NCBI GenBank assembly: GCA_050298055.1
Contig: JBNKTL010000024.1
Location: forward strand, 14,809-78,808
Reading direction: 5' to 3'
DNA from: Spirochaetota bacterium
GTDB taxonomy: Bacteria > Spirochaetota > UBA4802 > UBA5550
Length of the DNA: 64,000 nt
The notes under the pieces were generated by a model, which did no database searches, was not told where the DNA came from, and worked only from the letters and a program-made list of their open reading frames with translations. The position numbers were made by a program, and so were the translations under genes. Position 1 is the first letter of the stretch. Each line of letters starts with the position of its first letter. Of this stretch, positions 49,345 through 60,162 are shown one piece after another.

Positions 49345-52300
49345 ATGTCGGGTAAAAAAAAGATGAAGTCAATGGATGGAAACCAGGCTGCATCCCATGT
49401 AGCATACGCTTTTACGGAAGTAGCGGCAATTTATCCAATTACACCATCTTCACCCATGGCGGAACATGTTGATGAATGGTCGGCACACGGGAAAAAGAAC
49501 ATATTTGGTGATATCATCAATGTTATTGAAATGCAGTCGGAAGCCGGTGCTGCAGGAGCAGTGCATGGTTCACTCCAGGCAGGCGCCCTTACTACAACCT
49601 TTACTGCGTCACAGGGGCTTCTGCTCATGATACCAAACATGTATAAAATTTCCGGCGAACTCTTACCCGGTGTTTTCCATGTAAGCGCCAGGACTTTGTC
49701 GGCCCATGCGCTCTCCATATTCGGCGATCATTCGGATGTCTATGCCACACGTCAGACGGGGTTCGCGCTGCTGGCAAGCAGCAGTGTCCAGGAAGTCATG
49801 GACCTCGGATCTATCGCGCACCTTGCCGCTGTAAAGAGCAGGGTCCCATTTCTCCATTTTTTTGACGGTTTCAGGACATCTCATGAGATCCAGAAGATTG
49901 AAGTCATTGAATATGATGACCTGGAAAAGCTCCTGGACAAGGATGCTGTTGATGAGTTCAGGAAAAGGGCCCTCAATCCTGAATCACCCGTTACCCGGGG
50001 TACCGCTCAGAATCCTGATATCTTTTTCCAGGAGAGAGAAGCGTCTAACCTCTACTATGAAAATGTTCCCGGCATGGTTGCCGGTTATATGGATGAAATC
50101 AGTAAAATTACCGGCCGAAAATACAGGCCTTTTGTCTACTACGGTGCGAAGGATGCCGAAAATATTGTCATTGCAATGGGCTCAGTCACCGAAACGCTTA
50201 AAGAGGTTGTGGATTACCTCAATTCCAGGGGAGAGAAGGCCGGACTTGTTACGGTCCATCTCTACAGGCCGTTTTCCGCAAAGTATCTCATGGAAGCCAT
50301 ACCGGATACAGCTAAAAAAATTACGGTTCTGGACAGGACAAAAGAACCGGGAGCAGAGGGAGAACCTCTCTACCTGGATGTGAGGAATGCCTATTACGAA
50401 TCAGGCACGCAGCCGGTAATTGTTGGGGGACGGTACGGACTCAGTTCCAAGGATGTCACCCCGGGAAGCCTTATTCCTGTTTTTGATAACATGAAGCTCC
50501 CGGAACCGAAGAACGGTTTTACCGTGGGTATTGTTGATGATGTTACCTTTAAGTCGCTTCCGCTCCACGATGAAGTCATTACTGTTCCCGAAGGAACAAT
50601 TGAGTGCAAGTTTTACGGGATTGGAGCCGACGGGACCGTTGGCGCCAACAAAAACTCAATAAAGATCATCGGTGACAATACCGATCTCTATTCCCAGGCA
50701 TATTTTTCATACGATTCGAAAAAATCGGGAGGGGTTACTGTTTCTAACCTCAGGTTCGGAAAGTCTCCCATCAAGTCAACCTACCTGATAACAAATCCCG
50801 ATTTTGTGGCCTGCCACGTCCCGTCATATCTCGATAAGTACGACATGCTCAAAGGGCTCAAGAAAGGGGGGACCTTCCTCATCAACAGTCTCTGGTGCGA
50901 GGATGAAATACTTGAGAAGATACCTGACAACATGAAAAAGTATATCGCCGATAACGACATCAAGGTCTATGTGATCAATGCAACGGACATTGCCGAGGAT
51001 ATCGGGCTGGGTACCCGGACAAATACCATCATGCAGTCCGCTTTTTTCAAGCTGGCCAATGTTATTCCCTACGAGGAATCGCAGAAGATGATGAAGGACG
51101 CTATCCTTAAATCATACGGAACAAAGGGGGATAATGTCGTCAAGATGAACTATGCCGCTGTAGACAGGGGCGGCGGAGAACTTGTTCAGCTGAAAATACC
51201 GGAGGAGTGGAAAAACCTGAAAGTCAAAGAACACCCGGTCATGGAAAACGCCCCTGCTTTTATCAGGGACGTGGCTGATCCCATTAACCACCTCAGGGGA
51301 GACCAGCTTCCCGTCTCATCATTTAAAGACTTCCCCGACGGGACCTTCCCTCCGGGAACAACCGCATACGAAAAGAGAGGAGTCGCGGTCCATGTTCCCC
51401 AGTGGATCCCCGACAATTGCATCCAGTGCAACCAGTGTTCCTATGTCTGCCCCCACGCGGTCATAAGGCCCTTTCTCCTCGATGAGAAGGAAGCGGCGGG
51501 AGTGCCGGAAGGGACACCGCTCATTGACGCGAAGGGAAAGGGACTGGAAGGCTACAGGTTCAGGATGCAGATAAGTCCCCTGGACTGTACCGGCTGCGGA
51601 AACTGCGCGGACGTATGCCCGTCAAAGGAGAAGGCCCTTGTTATGCAGCCCATGGAGTCCCAGATGGATGAAGACGCGCGCTGGGATTACTTCAGCAGAA
51701 ATGTCAGCTATAAGGGGGGTATCCTGGCCCCGGGCAATGTGAAGGGGAGCCAGTTCCTTCAGCCCCTCTTTGAATACTCCGGGGCATGCGCGGGATGCGG
51801 TGAGACCCCCTATGTGAAGCTTGTCACACAGCTTTTCGGGAGCAGAATGCTCATAGCAAACGCAACAGGCTGTTCTTCCATTTACGGCGGATCGGCCCCG
51901 TCTACACCCTACTGCACAAACACCGACGGCTGCGGTCCCGCATGGGCAAGCTCACTTTTTGAGGACGCGGCGGAGTTCGGATACGGCATGATGCTGGGGA
52001 TCAACCAGATGAAGGCCAGGGTCGCGGAACTTGCCCGGGTGTACATCGAGAACGGTTCCTCAAGCGATCTCAAGGATGCCCTGAAAGAGTGGATTGAAGG
52101 GAAAGAGGATGCGGATAAATCCGCCGAAACAGCAAAGAAGATCCTGCCCCTCCTGGAAAAGGATAAGAGCAGTGAGGCAAAGGAGATCCTCAAGCTGAAA
52201 AGCTACCTCGTTAAGAAGTCCGTGTGGAGTCTCGGGGGTGACGGCTGGGCCTACGATATCGGCTACGGCGGTCTTGACCATGTTCTTGCCTCGGGTGAAG

Positions 52301-52872
52301 ATATCAACATCCTCGTTCTCGATACCGAGGTCTACTCGAATACCGGGGGGCAGTCATCCAAGGCAACGCCTACCGGTTCCGTGGCGAAGTTTGCGGCCGC
52401 CGGCAAGAGGGTAAAGAAAAAGGACCTGGGGATGATGGCCATGAGCTACGGCTACGTGTACGTCGCGCAGATATCCATGGGCGCAAGCCAGTCGCAGACA
52501 CTGAAGGCCATTCGGGAAGCGGAAGCATACCCGGGACCCTCCCTGGTCATTGCCTACGCTCCCTGTATCAATCACGGGATCAGGGCCGGTATGGGCAAGA
52601 CACAGCAGGAGATGAAGAATGCCGTTGAGTCCGGGTACTGGCACCTCTACAGGTTCAACCCCCTCCTGGAAAAGGAGGGAAAGAATCCCTTCACCCTTGA
52701 CTCAAAGGAACCTGACTGGGGCAAGTTCCGGGATTTCCTCATGAGCGAGGTAAGGTATACATCTCTCAAGAAGACATTTCCCGAAGTTGCCGACGGGCTC
52801 TACGGGGAAGCGGAGGAGAACGCAAAGTGGAGATACAACAGGTATAAGAAGCTCGCGGAGATGGAGTATTAA
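49345..52872 (+). CDS. nifJ: Pyruvate:ferredoxin (flavodoxin) oxidoreductase
   Basis: YPITPS, CIQCNQC/CTGCGNC, GACAGCGE, GGDGWAYDIG. Confidence 0.97.
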   Translation: MSGKKKMKSMDGNQAASHVAYAFTEVAAIYPITPSSPMAEHVDEWSAHGKKNIFGDIINVIEMQSEAGAAGAVHGSLQAGALTTTFTASQGLLLMIPNMYKISGELLPGVFHVSARTLSAHALSIFGDHSDVYATRQTGFALLASSSVQEVMDLGSIAHLAAVKSRVPFLHFFDGFRTSHEIQKIEVIEYDDLEKLLDKDAVDEFRKRALNPESPVTRGTAQNPDIFFQEREASNLYYENVPGMVAGYMDEISKITGRKYRPFVYYGAKDAENIVIAMGSVTETLKEVVDYLNSRGEKAGLVTVHLYRPFSAKYLMEAIPDTAKKITVLDRTKEPGAEGEPLYLDVRNAYYESGTQPVIVGGRYGLSSKDVTPGSLIPVFDNMKLPEPKNGFTVGIVDDVTFKSLPLHDEVITVPEGTIECKFYGIGADGTVGANKNSIKIIGDNTDLYSQAYFSYDSKKSGGVTVSNLRFGKSPIKSTYLITNPDFVACHVPSYLDKYDMLKGLKKGGTFLINSLWCEDEILEKIPDNMKKYIADNDIKVYVINATDIAEDIGLGTRTNTIMQSAFFKLANVIPYEESQKMMKDAILKSYGTKGDNVVKMNYAAVDRGGGELVQLKIPEEWKNLKVKEHPVMENAPAFIRDVADPINHLRGDQLPVSSFKDFPDGTFPPGTTAYEKRGVAVHVPQWIPDNCIQCNQCSYVCPHAVIRPFLLDEKEAAGVPEGTPLIDAKGKGLEGYRFRMQISPLDCTGCGNCADVCPSKEKALVMQPMESQMDEDARWDYFSRNVSYKGGILAPGNVKGSQFLQPLFEYSGACAGCGETPYVKLVTQLFGSRMLIANATGCSSIYGGSAPSTPYCTNTDGCGPAWASSLFEDAAEFGYGMMLGINQMKARVAELARVYIENGSSSDLKDALKEWIEGKEDADKSAETAKKILPLLEKDKSSEAKEILKLKSYLVKKSVWSLGGDGWAYDIGYGGLDHVLASGEDINILVLDTEVYSNTGGQSSKATPTGSVAKFAAAGKRVKKKDLGMMAMSYGYVYVAQISMGASQSQTLKAIREAEAYPGPSLVIAYAPCINHGIRAGMGKTQQEMKNAVESGYWHLYRFNPLLEKEGKNPFTLDSKEPDWGKFRDFLMSEVRYTSLKKTFPEVADGLYGEAEENAKWRYNRYKKLAEMEY

Positions 52873-52902
52873 AGAGATACCTGAAGATAAGAGAATATTG
52901 TC

Positions 52903-52938
52903 AAAAGGGATGCCCTCCGGGAGCATCCCTTTTTTTTG
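52903..52938 (+). terminator. Rho-independent terminator
   Basis: AAAAGGGATGC..GCATCCCTTTTTTTT after nifJ. Confidence 0.8.
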
Positions 52939-52975
52939 AAATATCAGCATTTAATGAAAATACTCACCTGGCTAC

Positions 52976-53060
52976 TCAGCTATATAACTTAAAATTTGTA
53001 TATTGAATAAAATATCAGCAATGTGTCCCCGCCGCCCTCGGCGGCGGGGACACATCAGTT
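52976..53060. repeat. Dispersed hairpin element, copy 2
   Basis: ATGTGTCCCCGCCGCC-ctc-GGCGGCGGGGACACAT; flanks similar to 28011-28095. Confidence 0.85.
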
Positions 53061-53218
53061 ATGTCTTTTTATTAAAATGCTCTTTTTTATACACAGCCGG
53101 GTAGTTGCATACAAACTGATTATTAATATAAAAAATCATTGATTCTCTTTTTTTTACAGAGTATTATATGAATAGGATAAAAGGATATAATGTTCTCTAT
53201 ACAAAAAGGGGTGCTGTT

Positions 53219-55009
53219 ATGCTTAAAAATATTTCAATTAAACTAAAACTTATTCTCATCGGGGCCGTTTCCTTTTTAGCCATCGGGACGACTTTTTTTA
53301 TCCTGAATTTTTTTTCCCAGAGAACCGACAGGCTGAAGGACGGAAATTATTATACTGTTGCAATTGCCCGGGACGTCCTGCAGCTGAGAAGAGATGAGAA
53401 GGATTTTCTTAACAGGAAGGACCTGAAGTATCGCGACAAATTTGAAAAAAATTATCAACAGCTGAAAGGGAATGTCGAGAAGCTTGAAAGTATACTGAGG
53501 GACTATAATATTGCCGTTGATCATATCAAGGAAATGAAAAATGTCATATCGGAGTATAATACAAAATTTAATGCCATTGTTGAAGCTGAAACAAAGATCG
53601 GGTTAAATGAAAAAATCGGACTTTACGGCTCTTTGCGGAAAGCGGTTCATAATGCGGAAAACCTGTTAAATAAATTAAACAATTATGTGCTGCTCAAAGA
53701 TATACTGACACTGAGGCGTAACGAAAAGGACTTCATGCTGCGGCAGGACTGGAAATATGTTGATAAGTTCCAGAAGGATTTTCTTGTGATGAGGAATGGG
53801 GTGACGGGATCCGCTCTTTCACCTGGCATGAAAATACAGGTCCGGACTTTTCTCGATAAATACAGGAGTGATTTCATGAAGCTTGCGGAAAACCTGAAAA
53901 CAAGAGGGCTTTCTTCAAATGAAGGGCTCCTGGGCGAACTGCGGGACGCCATACACAGAACCGATAAGATCATAGTCGAGTCCTCAACTGAAATAACGAA
54001 GGGTATTGAAAGAGAGGTCTTAAACGCGAGGTTTTTAGGAGTTCTTTTCCCTGTAATTTTTCTTTTCATAATAATTGTATTTATTTCTCTTATCGCAAGG
54101 AACATTCTTACGGCGCTCAGGCAGGTTGTTGACGTGTCCGAAAGGCTTGCCCGGGGAGATCTGACTGCAAAAATTGATATCTCCGGAAAGGATGAAACTT
54201 CACAGGTCCTTCTCTCAATACAGAACATGCTGAAAAAAATCAACGGCGTCCTCTCCCTTGTTGCGCAACAGGCATTTGAGATCTCGGAATATTCACGTGA
54301 ACTGAACAAAGCCGCGCAGGACCTCTCCCAGGGAGCAAATGAGCAGGCCGCAAATGCAGAAGAGTTTTCATCTTCACTGGAAGAGTTAATGGCGACTATC
54401 AGCCAGAATGCCGAAAATTCAAAGGCTACTGAAAAAATCGCTGTGAATACTGCCAGGCAGGCCCGGGAGGGGGGAGATGCGGTAGATTTAACCGTCAACG
54501 CAATGAAGGACATTGCGGAAAGGATCAGCCTGATCGATGATATTGCCTACCAGACAAACCTCCTGGCCCTTAACGCTGCCATTGAAGCAGCCCGTGCGGG
54601 AGAACATGGGAAAGGCTTTGCTGTTGTTTCCGGTGAAGTGCGCAAACTTGCCGAACGCAGCCAGCTTGCTTCCAAAGATATTGGAGAGCTTGCAGAATCA
54701 AGTGTGGACCTGGCTAACAGGGCCGGGTCGCTTCTTAAAGAAATAGTGCCCAGTATTAATAAAACTACCGATCTTGTGCAGGATATCACAAATGCTTCGG
54801 AGCAGCAGGACAGCGGTATCAAGCAGATCGGTTCGGGAATGGATCAGCTCAATCTTGTAACACAGAGTAATGCATCAATATCGGAAGAGCTGGCGGCTTC
54901 ATCGTCAAAAATGGAAGAGAATGCCGTGAAACTTAAAGATGCAATTGATTTCTTTAAGCTGGATGATCTTCAGAAAGCAGAGGATGTTCATTTAATAGAG
55001 GAACAATAA
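53219..55009 (+). CDS. Methyl-accepting chemotaxis protein
   Basis: TM, duplicated LRR.EKDF sensor, [33 protein letters not shown]. Confidence 0.95.
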   Translation: MLKNISIKLKLILIGAVSFLAIGTTFFILNFFSQRTDRLKDGNYYTVAIARDVLQLRRDEKDFLNRKDLKYRDKFEKNYQQLKGNVEKLESILRDYNIAVDHIKEMKNVISEYNTKFNAIVEAETKIGLNEKIGLYGSLRKAVHNAENLLNKLNNYVLLKDILTLRRNEKDFMLRQDWKYVDKFQKDFLVMRNGVTGSALSPGMKIQVRTFLDKYRSDFMKLAENLKTRGLSSNEGLLGELRDAIHRTDKIIVESSTEITKGIEREVLNARFLGVLFPVIFLFIIIVFISLIARNILTALRQVVDVSERLARGDLTAKIDISGKDETSQVLLSIQNMLKKINGVLSLVAQQAFEISEYSRELNKAAQDLSQGANEQAANAEEFSSSLEELMATISQNAENSKATEKIAVNTARQAREGGDAVDLTVNAMKDIAERISLIDDIAYQTNLLALNAAIEAARAGEHGKGFAVVSGEVRKLAERSQLASKDIGELAESSVDLANRAGSLLKEIVPSINKTTDLVQDITNASEQQDSGIKQIGSGMDQLNLVTQSNASISEELAASSSKMEENAVKLKDAIDFFKLDDLQKAEDVHLIEEQ

Positions 55010-55061
55010 TTAATTGCAGGATATAATGTCCTGCAATGTTCCAAATCTGTTTTATTACGAT

Positions 55062-55239
55062 ATACCCGCTCTGCCGTGTAGGTAAGGTTTTTGAACCTGG
55101 TAAACCAGGTGGGGTCCCGCATGGAAACTTCAACCTTCTCCTGACAGGGGAGTATGATCTCCAGATCCAGATTAGGGTTTCCCTCTTAACATGTATTGGT
55201 TCAAAAATACGTCATACCTATCACGCACAGCGCAGGCAT
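55062..55239 (-). ncRNA. ssrS: 6S RNA
   Basis: Reverse strand ..CTGCGCTGTGCGTGATAGG..TTTTTGAACCAAT..AGGG..CCCACCTG..GGTTCAAAAA..CCTACACGGCAGAGCGGG: about 180 nt rod with paired ends, TTGAACC/GGTTCAA stem and central bubble. Confidence 0.8.
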
Positions 55240-55326
55240 ATAACCAAAGCACAAAAAGAGCTGTATATATCAACTGTTTTTTTCATCTCTCAATAATAAT
55301 TATTACTTAAATAGAGAGTCAAATTG

Positions 55327-55484
55327 AACCGCTAGGGCGCAAAGGGCGCAAAGGGCGCAAAGTTTTTTCAATTTACATTTGGAAAAAATATTGTGTTATA
55401 TCCAAAAGGCACTTTTTCTTCCTCTTGCTTTGTGTGAACCTATTCTTTCCTTTCTTCCTTTGCGAACCTTGCGTCTTTGCGGTT
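55327..55484. repeat. 9-nt-periodic inverted repeat element
   Basis: Left AACCGCTAG(GGCGCAAAG)x3, right CTTTGCGAACCTTGCGTCTTTGCGGTT, about 95 nt spacer. Confidence 0.8.
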
Positions 55485-55672
55485 TCAGATTCTTTTTTTC
55501 AACCCGGAACCCTGAATTATTCGTGGTAAATTTTTAATTGACAGTATCCGGTTGAGACGTAAAAGTATTTTTTTCAATTTTAATACTGGACAGCAGAAAC
55601 CTGATCAACTATCTGTAAAGTGAGTTGAATATTAAAGCAAAAACAACAGAAAAGGCAATTGAGGGAAAAAAG

Positions 55673-56434
55673 ATGTTAACCAAATATTTTGAAGAGTTTG
55701 ATAAAAAGGTCGTAACGAAAACAAAGGCAGCTGCAAAAAAAACAGCATCAAAAACAGCAAAGAAAAAAGCAGGAAAAAAGAGTGCTAAAAAAACTGTTTC
55801 AACAACGAAAAAAATCAAATTCAATACAAAGCTGTTTGCTGAAAATCTCAATAAAATAATACCCACTCATCTTACCGCAAAAGATGTAAAACCGGTGGAT
55901 TCATCGGGATTTTCACCTGAAGGGGCGGATCTTATCATCTTTAAAGAATACTGCAGAGACATTGTTGAGATCATGAATGGCTGCATCCCCTTCGAACTTG
56001 TCTATGGAGCAATCCACATCGAACCTCAACTGAACCAGAAAACCCTTAAGGAAACAATTGAACGGGTTCTCTCTGTGAAGAAACTTAACAGGTATACAGA
56101 GACAGCTGATGAAGCTGAAAGTTATCCCATTCCCTCTTTTGTGGTATCTGCGGATACCGATTTGACCATCGGTGAAATGAAGAATTCCCTCATCAACTAT
56201 TACATGGCGAAGAGCATTGATCACAAGCTGGAAGTTGATATTCTTGTTGTTTTGAACAAAGGAATTGTTGTTAAGGATTGGAAGGAGAAGAGAAGCTATA
56301 TCGGCCTTGAAACCAATGAAGATACGATGTACTGGTTCTTTATTCTTATGAATGAATATCTTGATATCGAGAAAAACATTGAACTGGATTTCAGGAATTA
56401 TATCATGAAGAATGTGACATATAACCAGTATTAA
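55673..56434 (+). CDS. Hypothetical protein (DUF6602-like) with Lys/Ala-rich insert
   Basis: DSSG.S...DLII..IPFE.VYG.I pattern; alternative TTG start at 55625. Confidence 0.55.
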   Translation: MLTKYFEEFDKKVVTKTKAAAKKTASKTAKKKAGKKSAKKTVSTTKKIKFNTKLFAENLNKIIPTHLTAKDVKPVDSSGFSPEGADLIIFKEYCRDIVEIMNGCIPFELVYGAIHIEPQLNQKTLKETIERVLSVKKLNRYTETADEAESYPIPSFVVSADTDLTIGEMKNSLINYYMAKSIDHKLEVDILVVLNKGIVVKDWKEKRSYIGLETNEDTMYWFFILMNEYLDIEKNIELDFRNYIMKNVTYNQY

Positions 56435-56627
56435 GTGTTTTGTTAAAAAAACTTGTATATCCAATAAATATTATTTGACATATTCATTAATCTCTCTCAA
56501 TCTTATACCCGGTGTATGCAATAAAAAGGGAGTGTTCTCATAATTACAGAGATGTTCCTTTTCGGGTACATAATACAGAGGAAATTTAATTGTTAAGGTA
56601 CCCAGAATCCATAACAGGAGATTTATT

Positions 56628-57716
56628 TTGAATAAATATCTAACAAAACGCGGGTGGATCATTCTATTTCTGGTTGTTTCTCTCATCTCCGGTCTTATGC
56701 AGAACAGGCTGTATGCACGGGATAACAGGAATGTTATTCTGGTCCTGGATACCTCCATGAGTATGATCGGATATGGCGGGAAAGATATCCTTGGAAGAGT
56801 TAAGGCAAGCATTAAGAACTATGTGGACAAACTGGAGGATGGGGACAAGGTTACCTTTATGACCTTTGATACAGAGGTGAAGACGTATCCTACCATACTT
56901 GTCGATGATGAGAACGATAAGGATATTCTTAAAAAGTATATCTCCATGATAGAAGCAAAGGGTAAGTGGACCTTTACCATAAAGATGATTAAAGCTGTTT
57001 TTAAAAAGGCCGAGGAGATTACGAAACTTGAGGACGATAAGGACAGAAAAACCGTTATTGTCATAATGACTGATGCCCTTGATGATCCTCCTCCGGGGAA
57101 ACGGAGAGAGAGATTCAACATGAAATCACTTTCCAGTGAATATTCCGGTAAAGACTGGTGGATATACTTTGTAAGTTTTACAGAGTTGAAGAAGAACCAG
57201 AAGATTGTGGATGAGCTGAAAAAGGAACTGAAAAAAGTTGCTCAAAAAACAAAAATTATTGATGCAACAGATCAGCCTGAGAAAGGAATGAAAGAGGTTG
57301 AAAAAGACCATCCTGCTGATGCGGGCATTCCTTCCTGGATAATAATTGCCATACTCCTTGTGGGGGTTCTTGTTATTGTTTTACTGGTGGTTAAGAGAGG
57401 TCCCGGTGTTGTGGTAACGGGAACACTGGAATACTGGAACACCGACATCCTGGATCCGTATATTGAACAATTTGACCTGGGTAAGCATATGACCAATGAG
57501 ATAGTTGTCGGAAAGGGCGTAAACTGTCACCTGAAGGTGCATGATATAGAAATTCCGGGTACCTTCAGCATCTTTGCTGATAAAAATCAGCCGGGACTCA
57601 GAATCAAGGCATCGCAGGGTGTGGAATTTAACTTTAAGAATAAGGACTCAGGGAATGTCCTGGAAGATGGTGATATATTTGAGGTTGGCAACTTTGGTTT
57701 TAAATATAATGCCTGA
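56628..57716 (+). CDS. vWA-domain membrane protein with C-terminal FHA-like domain
   Basis: Signal peptide, MIDAS DTSMSM..T..TD, TM helix, IVVGKG..LEDGDIFEVG tail. Confidence 0.8.
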   Translation: MNKYLTKRGWIILFLVVSLISGLMQNRLYARDNRNVILVLDTSMSMIGYGGKDILGRVKASIKNYVDKLEDGDKVTFMTFDTEVKTYPTILVDDENDKDILKKYISMIEAKGKWTFTIKMIKAVFKKAEEITKLEDDKDRKTVIVIMTDALDDPPPGKRRERFNMKSLSSEYSGKDWWIYFVSFTELKKNQKIVDELKKELKKVAQKTKIIDATDQPEKGMKEVEKDHPADAGIPSWIIIAILLVGVLVIVLLVVKRGPGVVVTGTLEYWNTDILDPYIEQFDLGKHMTNEIVVGKGVNCHLKVHDIEIPGTFSIFADKNQPGLRIKASQGVEFNFKNKDSGNVLEDGDIFEVGNFGFKYNA

Positions 57717-57927
57717 AAAAGAATTTTGAATGCTGATAAAATATGCTCTGTTTGCCGGTTTTTTCCGGCCGGCAAAGGAGCTTTGCAAAAATTAGTTATA
57801 AGCTTAAATATATCTTGACATTAAAACTTATTTTGATAAATATATCTAAAATTTGTTTTCTATATTCTAAATTTTGATAATCTTGAAAAACTGATTGTGT
57901 TTTAATAATTTGAAGGAGGATAGTTAA

Positions 57928-59886
57928 ATGGCTGTAGGTCAATTCCCAAAAAGTCCAAACAAGTTCCATCCGGAAATTCCCAGTGCTGTCGGTTCGAGGA
58001 ATTCTCTGGCTCAGGAAGGGAGGGATAAGGTTGCTGAACATAAACTCATCCTGGATGAGACGACTGATAAAGTTCTCAATCATATTGTGAACAAACTCCC
58101 CCCGGAAGTACTGGAAAATATGAATGTAATGGGTGGTCTGAAAGAATATCTTTACAGGTATATTAACCAGCACTATGTTAACATGTTTAACAGGTACCAG
58201 GTAACTGTTGAAGACGAATTTATAAAAAAAGTAAGGGACTTTGTGGACAGGGAAGAGTCCAAGACCCTTAACAGGTATACTCCCAAAGAGATAACCGAGA
58301 TTCTTGACAAGATTGGTGGTGCCGATAAGTTCCATACCGGTGAGATTGAAAAATCCATCGTAAACATGTATGGACACCTCCAGGGTCACATTCAGAGGGG
58401 TGTGACTGACCTGGAAGTTGAGACCAACTCCATACTGAGACAGAAAACAGATGTCGGCGCCTTTGTCCGCGGTGAAAATGCTTACTCAATCCTGAAATGT
58501 ATATTTAAAGACAATAACTTGAGAAAGAAGCATGTCTATGATGTTAAGCTTTCAATAAACATACTGGACAGTGAGCTTATCAGCCCCATGTATCACTATC
58601 AGACAACTGTTGAAAAGCTTTTAAAAGACGCGATCCAGAAGCATGTCCAGGACCTCATTGACCACCAGGTCGAGGCATTTAACGATGAACTGGTTGACCA
58701 GGGTAAGAGGGATCTCGGAGCAAGCGAAAAGATGTTTGAGAAGTTCAAAAGAATTGAGAACTTTACAGATGACGAAAAGGAAGACGAGAAGTCAAAGAGA
58801 TACACAATCCTTGCCAAGAAGTTCCTCGACAAAATAGAGGGCCTCAGGGCGGAGATCGATGAAGAGGAAAGAGATCCTCTGAACATCCGGGATAATATCA
58901 AATATATTATCGATGAAGAGAATATCAGGAACAGGGGCTACAACACATGCGTTAATTCTCTTACCTCCATTCTCGATACAAGTAAGCTCGGTTACCAGGT
59001 GTGCGACAACCTGAAAAACGCGCGGATCTGTCATATCAGGGAGTACGAGAGCAGAGATGTTATTGAACTCCCCGATGAAAGATACGCAATGAGGCTTGCA
59101 TATTATGACAGCAACCAGCTTCGGGAAGAGAAGAAAGAGTTTGATAAGCAGATGAGAGCTTTCACCATTGCTATCCAGGAGATATGGGACGTTACACACG
59201 CTTACTACGAGTCCAAGAAGAGATTCAGGTCTCTCAAGGACCTTGATGATCTTTACAACAGGATCATGAGTAAGGAGTGGAAAGCCGAGAAGAAAGCCCG
59301 GGACGTAGATCCTGATTCTGTTCCCTGGAATGAAGTGGGTGAGATGTATATCGAAAACACTTTTGTTGAGAAGAACAACAGGACATATGAGGACAGGATC
59401 AAGAATCTTCAGGGTAAGATAAAATACCTGAGAGATATTCTGGAAAACATGCACAAGTACCAGAACCCGGTTGAGCGGGTGATCATTGATGAAAGGCTGA
59501 ACTTCCTCGAAGCAAAGTTCAACGCTTTTACCTACATAGTGAATCCTCACCACATTCAACCCGGCGTTGTGCTTGATATTGATATTACAACAATCAAGAG
59601 AAAGCAGTACATGCTGAAGGGTATGGCTAATGTGCTCAACGAATTCCTCTACGGTGTTTCAAAAGGATTTGCGGATGCGGCATTTGCGTCATACAGCAGA
59701 AGGAGAAGTACCGTTCGGGCTGATATCGACCAGACTTTCGGCGATGAAGCCGTGGAAGATGAGTTCTTCGATATGGCTTACAAGGATTCCGGCGGGACCG
59801 GTGTAAAGAGTGAAGTGAAAGGTTCGGTAAGCCTGTCACCTTCTAAGAGCAAAAGCAAGAAAAGTTCAGGACTTAAAGAGCTATAG
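57928..59886 (+). CDS. cfpA: Cytoplasmic filament protein CfpA
   Basis: PKSPN.FHPE.PSAVGSRNSLAQE and LRQKTDVGAFVRGENAYS motifs of spirochaete CfpA. Confidence 0.88.
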   Translation: MAVGQFPKSPNKFHPEIPSAVGSRNSLAQEGRDKVAEHKLILDETTDKVLNHIVNKLPPEVLENMNVMGGLKEYLYRYINQHYVNMFNRYQVTVEDEFIKKVRDFVDREESKTLNRYTPKEITEILDKIGGADKFHTGEIEKSIVNMYGHLQGHIQRGVTDLEVETNSILRQKTDVGAFVRGENAYSILKCIFKDNNLRKKHVYDVKLSINILDSELISPMYHYQTTVEKLLKDAIQKHVQDLIDHQVEAFNDELVDQGKRDLGASEKMFEKFKRIENFTDDEKEDEKSKRYTILAKKFLDKIEGLRAEIDEEERDPLNIRDNIKYIIDEENIRNRGYNTCVNSLTSILDTSKLGYQVCDNLKNARICHIREYESRDVIELPDERYAMRLAYYDSNQLREEKKEFDKQMRAFTIAIQEIWDVTHAYYESKKRFRSLKDLDDLYNRIMSKEWKAEKKARDVDPDSVPWNEVGEMYIENTFVEKNNRTYEDRIKNLQGKIKYLRDILENMHKYQNPVERVIIDERLNFLEAKFNAFTYIVNPHHIQPGVVLDIDITTIKRKQYMLKGMANVLNEFLYGVSKGFADAAFASYSRRRSTVRADIDQTFGDEAVEDEFFDMAYKDSGGTGVKSEVKGSVSLSPSKSKSKKSSGLKEL

Positions 59887-59907
59887 AAAAACGTAAATTG
59901 AATTGAA

Positions 59908-59943
59908 GAAAGGGGTACCCTGCGGGGATACCCCTTTTTTTTT
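59908..59943 (+). terminator. Rho-independent terminator
   Basis: AAAGGGGTA.CC..GG.TACCCCTTTTTTTT after cfpA. Confidence 0.8.
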
Positions 59944-60162
59944 CTTTAGTTTGAGATTTTTTTTTATTTTTTCACAAAATACTTGCAAATTATTGAAGTC
60001 TTGATTATCTTCTCAATTTACATGATCAGAAGGTATTTTTTTATCCGGTCAATAGTTTCTTTCCATTCTGACAGAAGTACCGGTTGCCTTACCGGTTCTT
60101 TTCTGAGAAAAGGATGTGTTATTTGATCCGGTTATTTATACCTCAAAAAGGAGATTAGTATA

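Noticed and set aside
55036..55296. 86-aa ORF
   Set aside because: Overlaps the 6S-like RNA and shows no protein-like features
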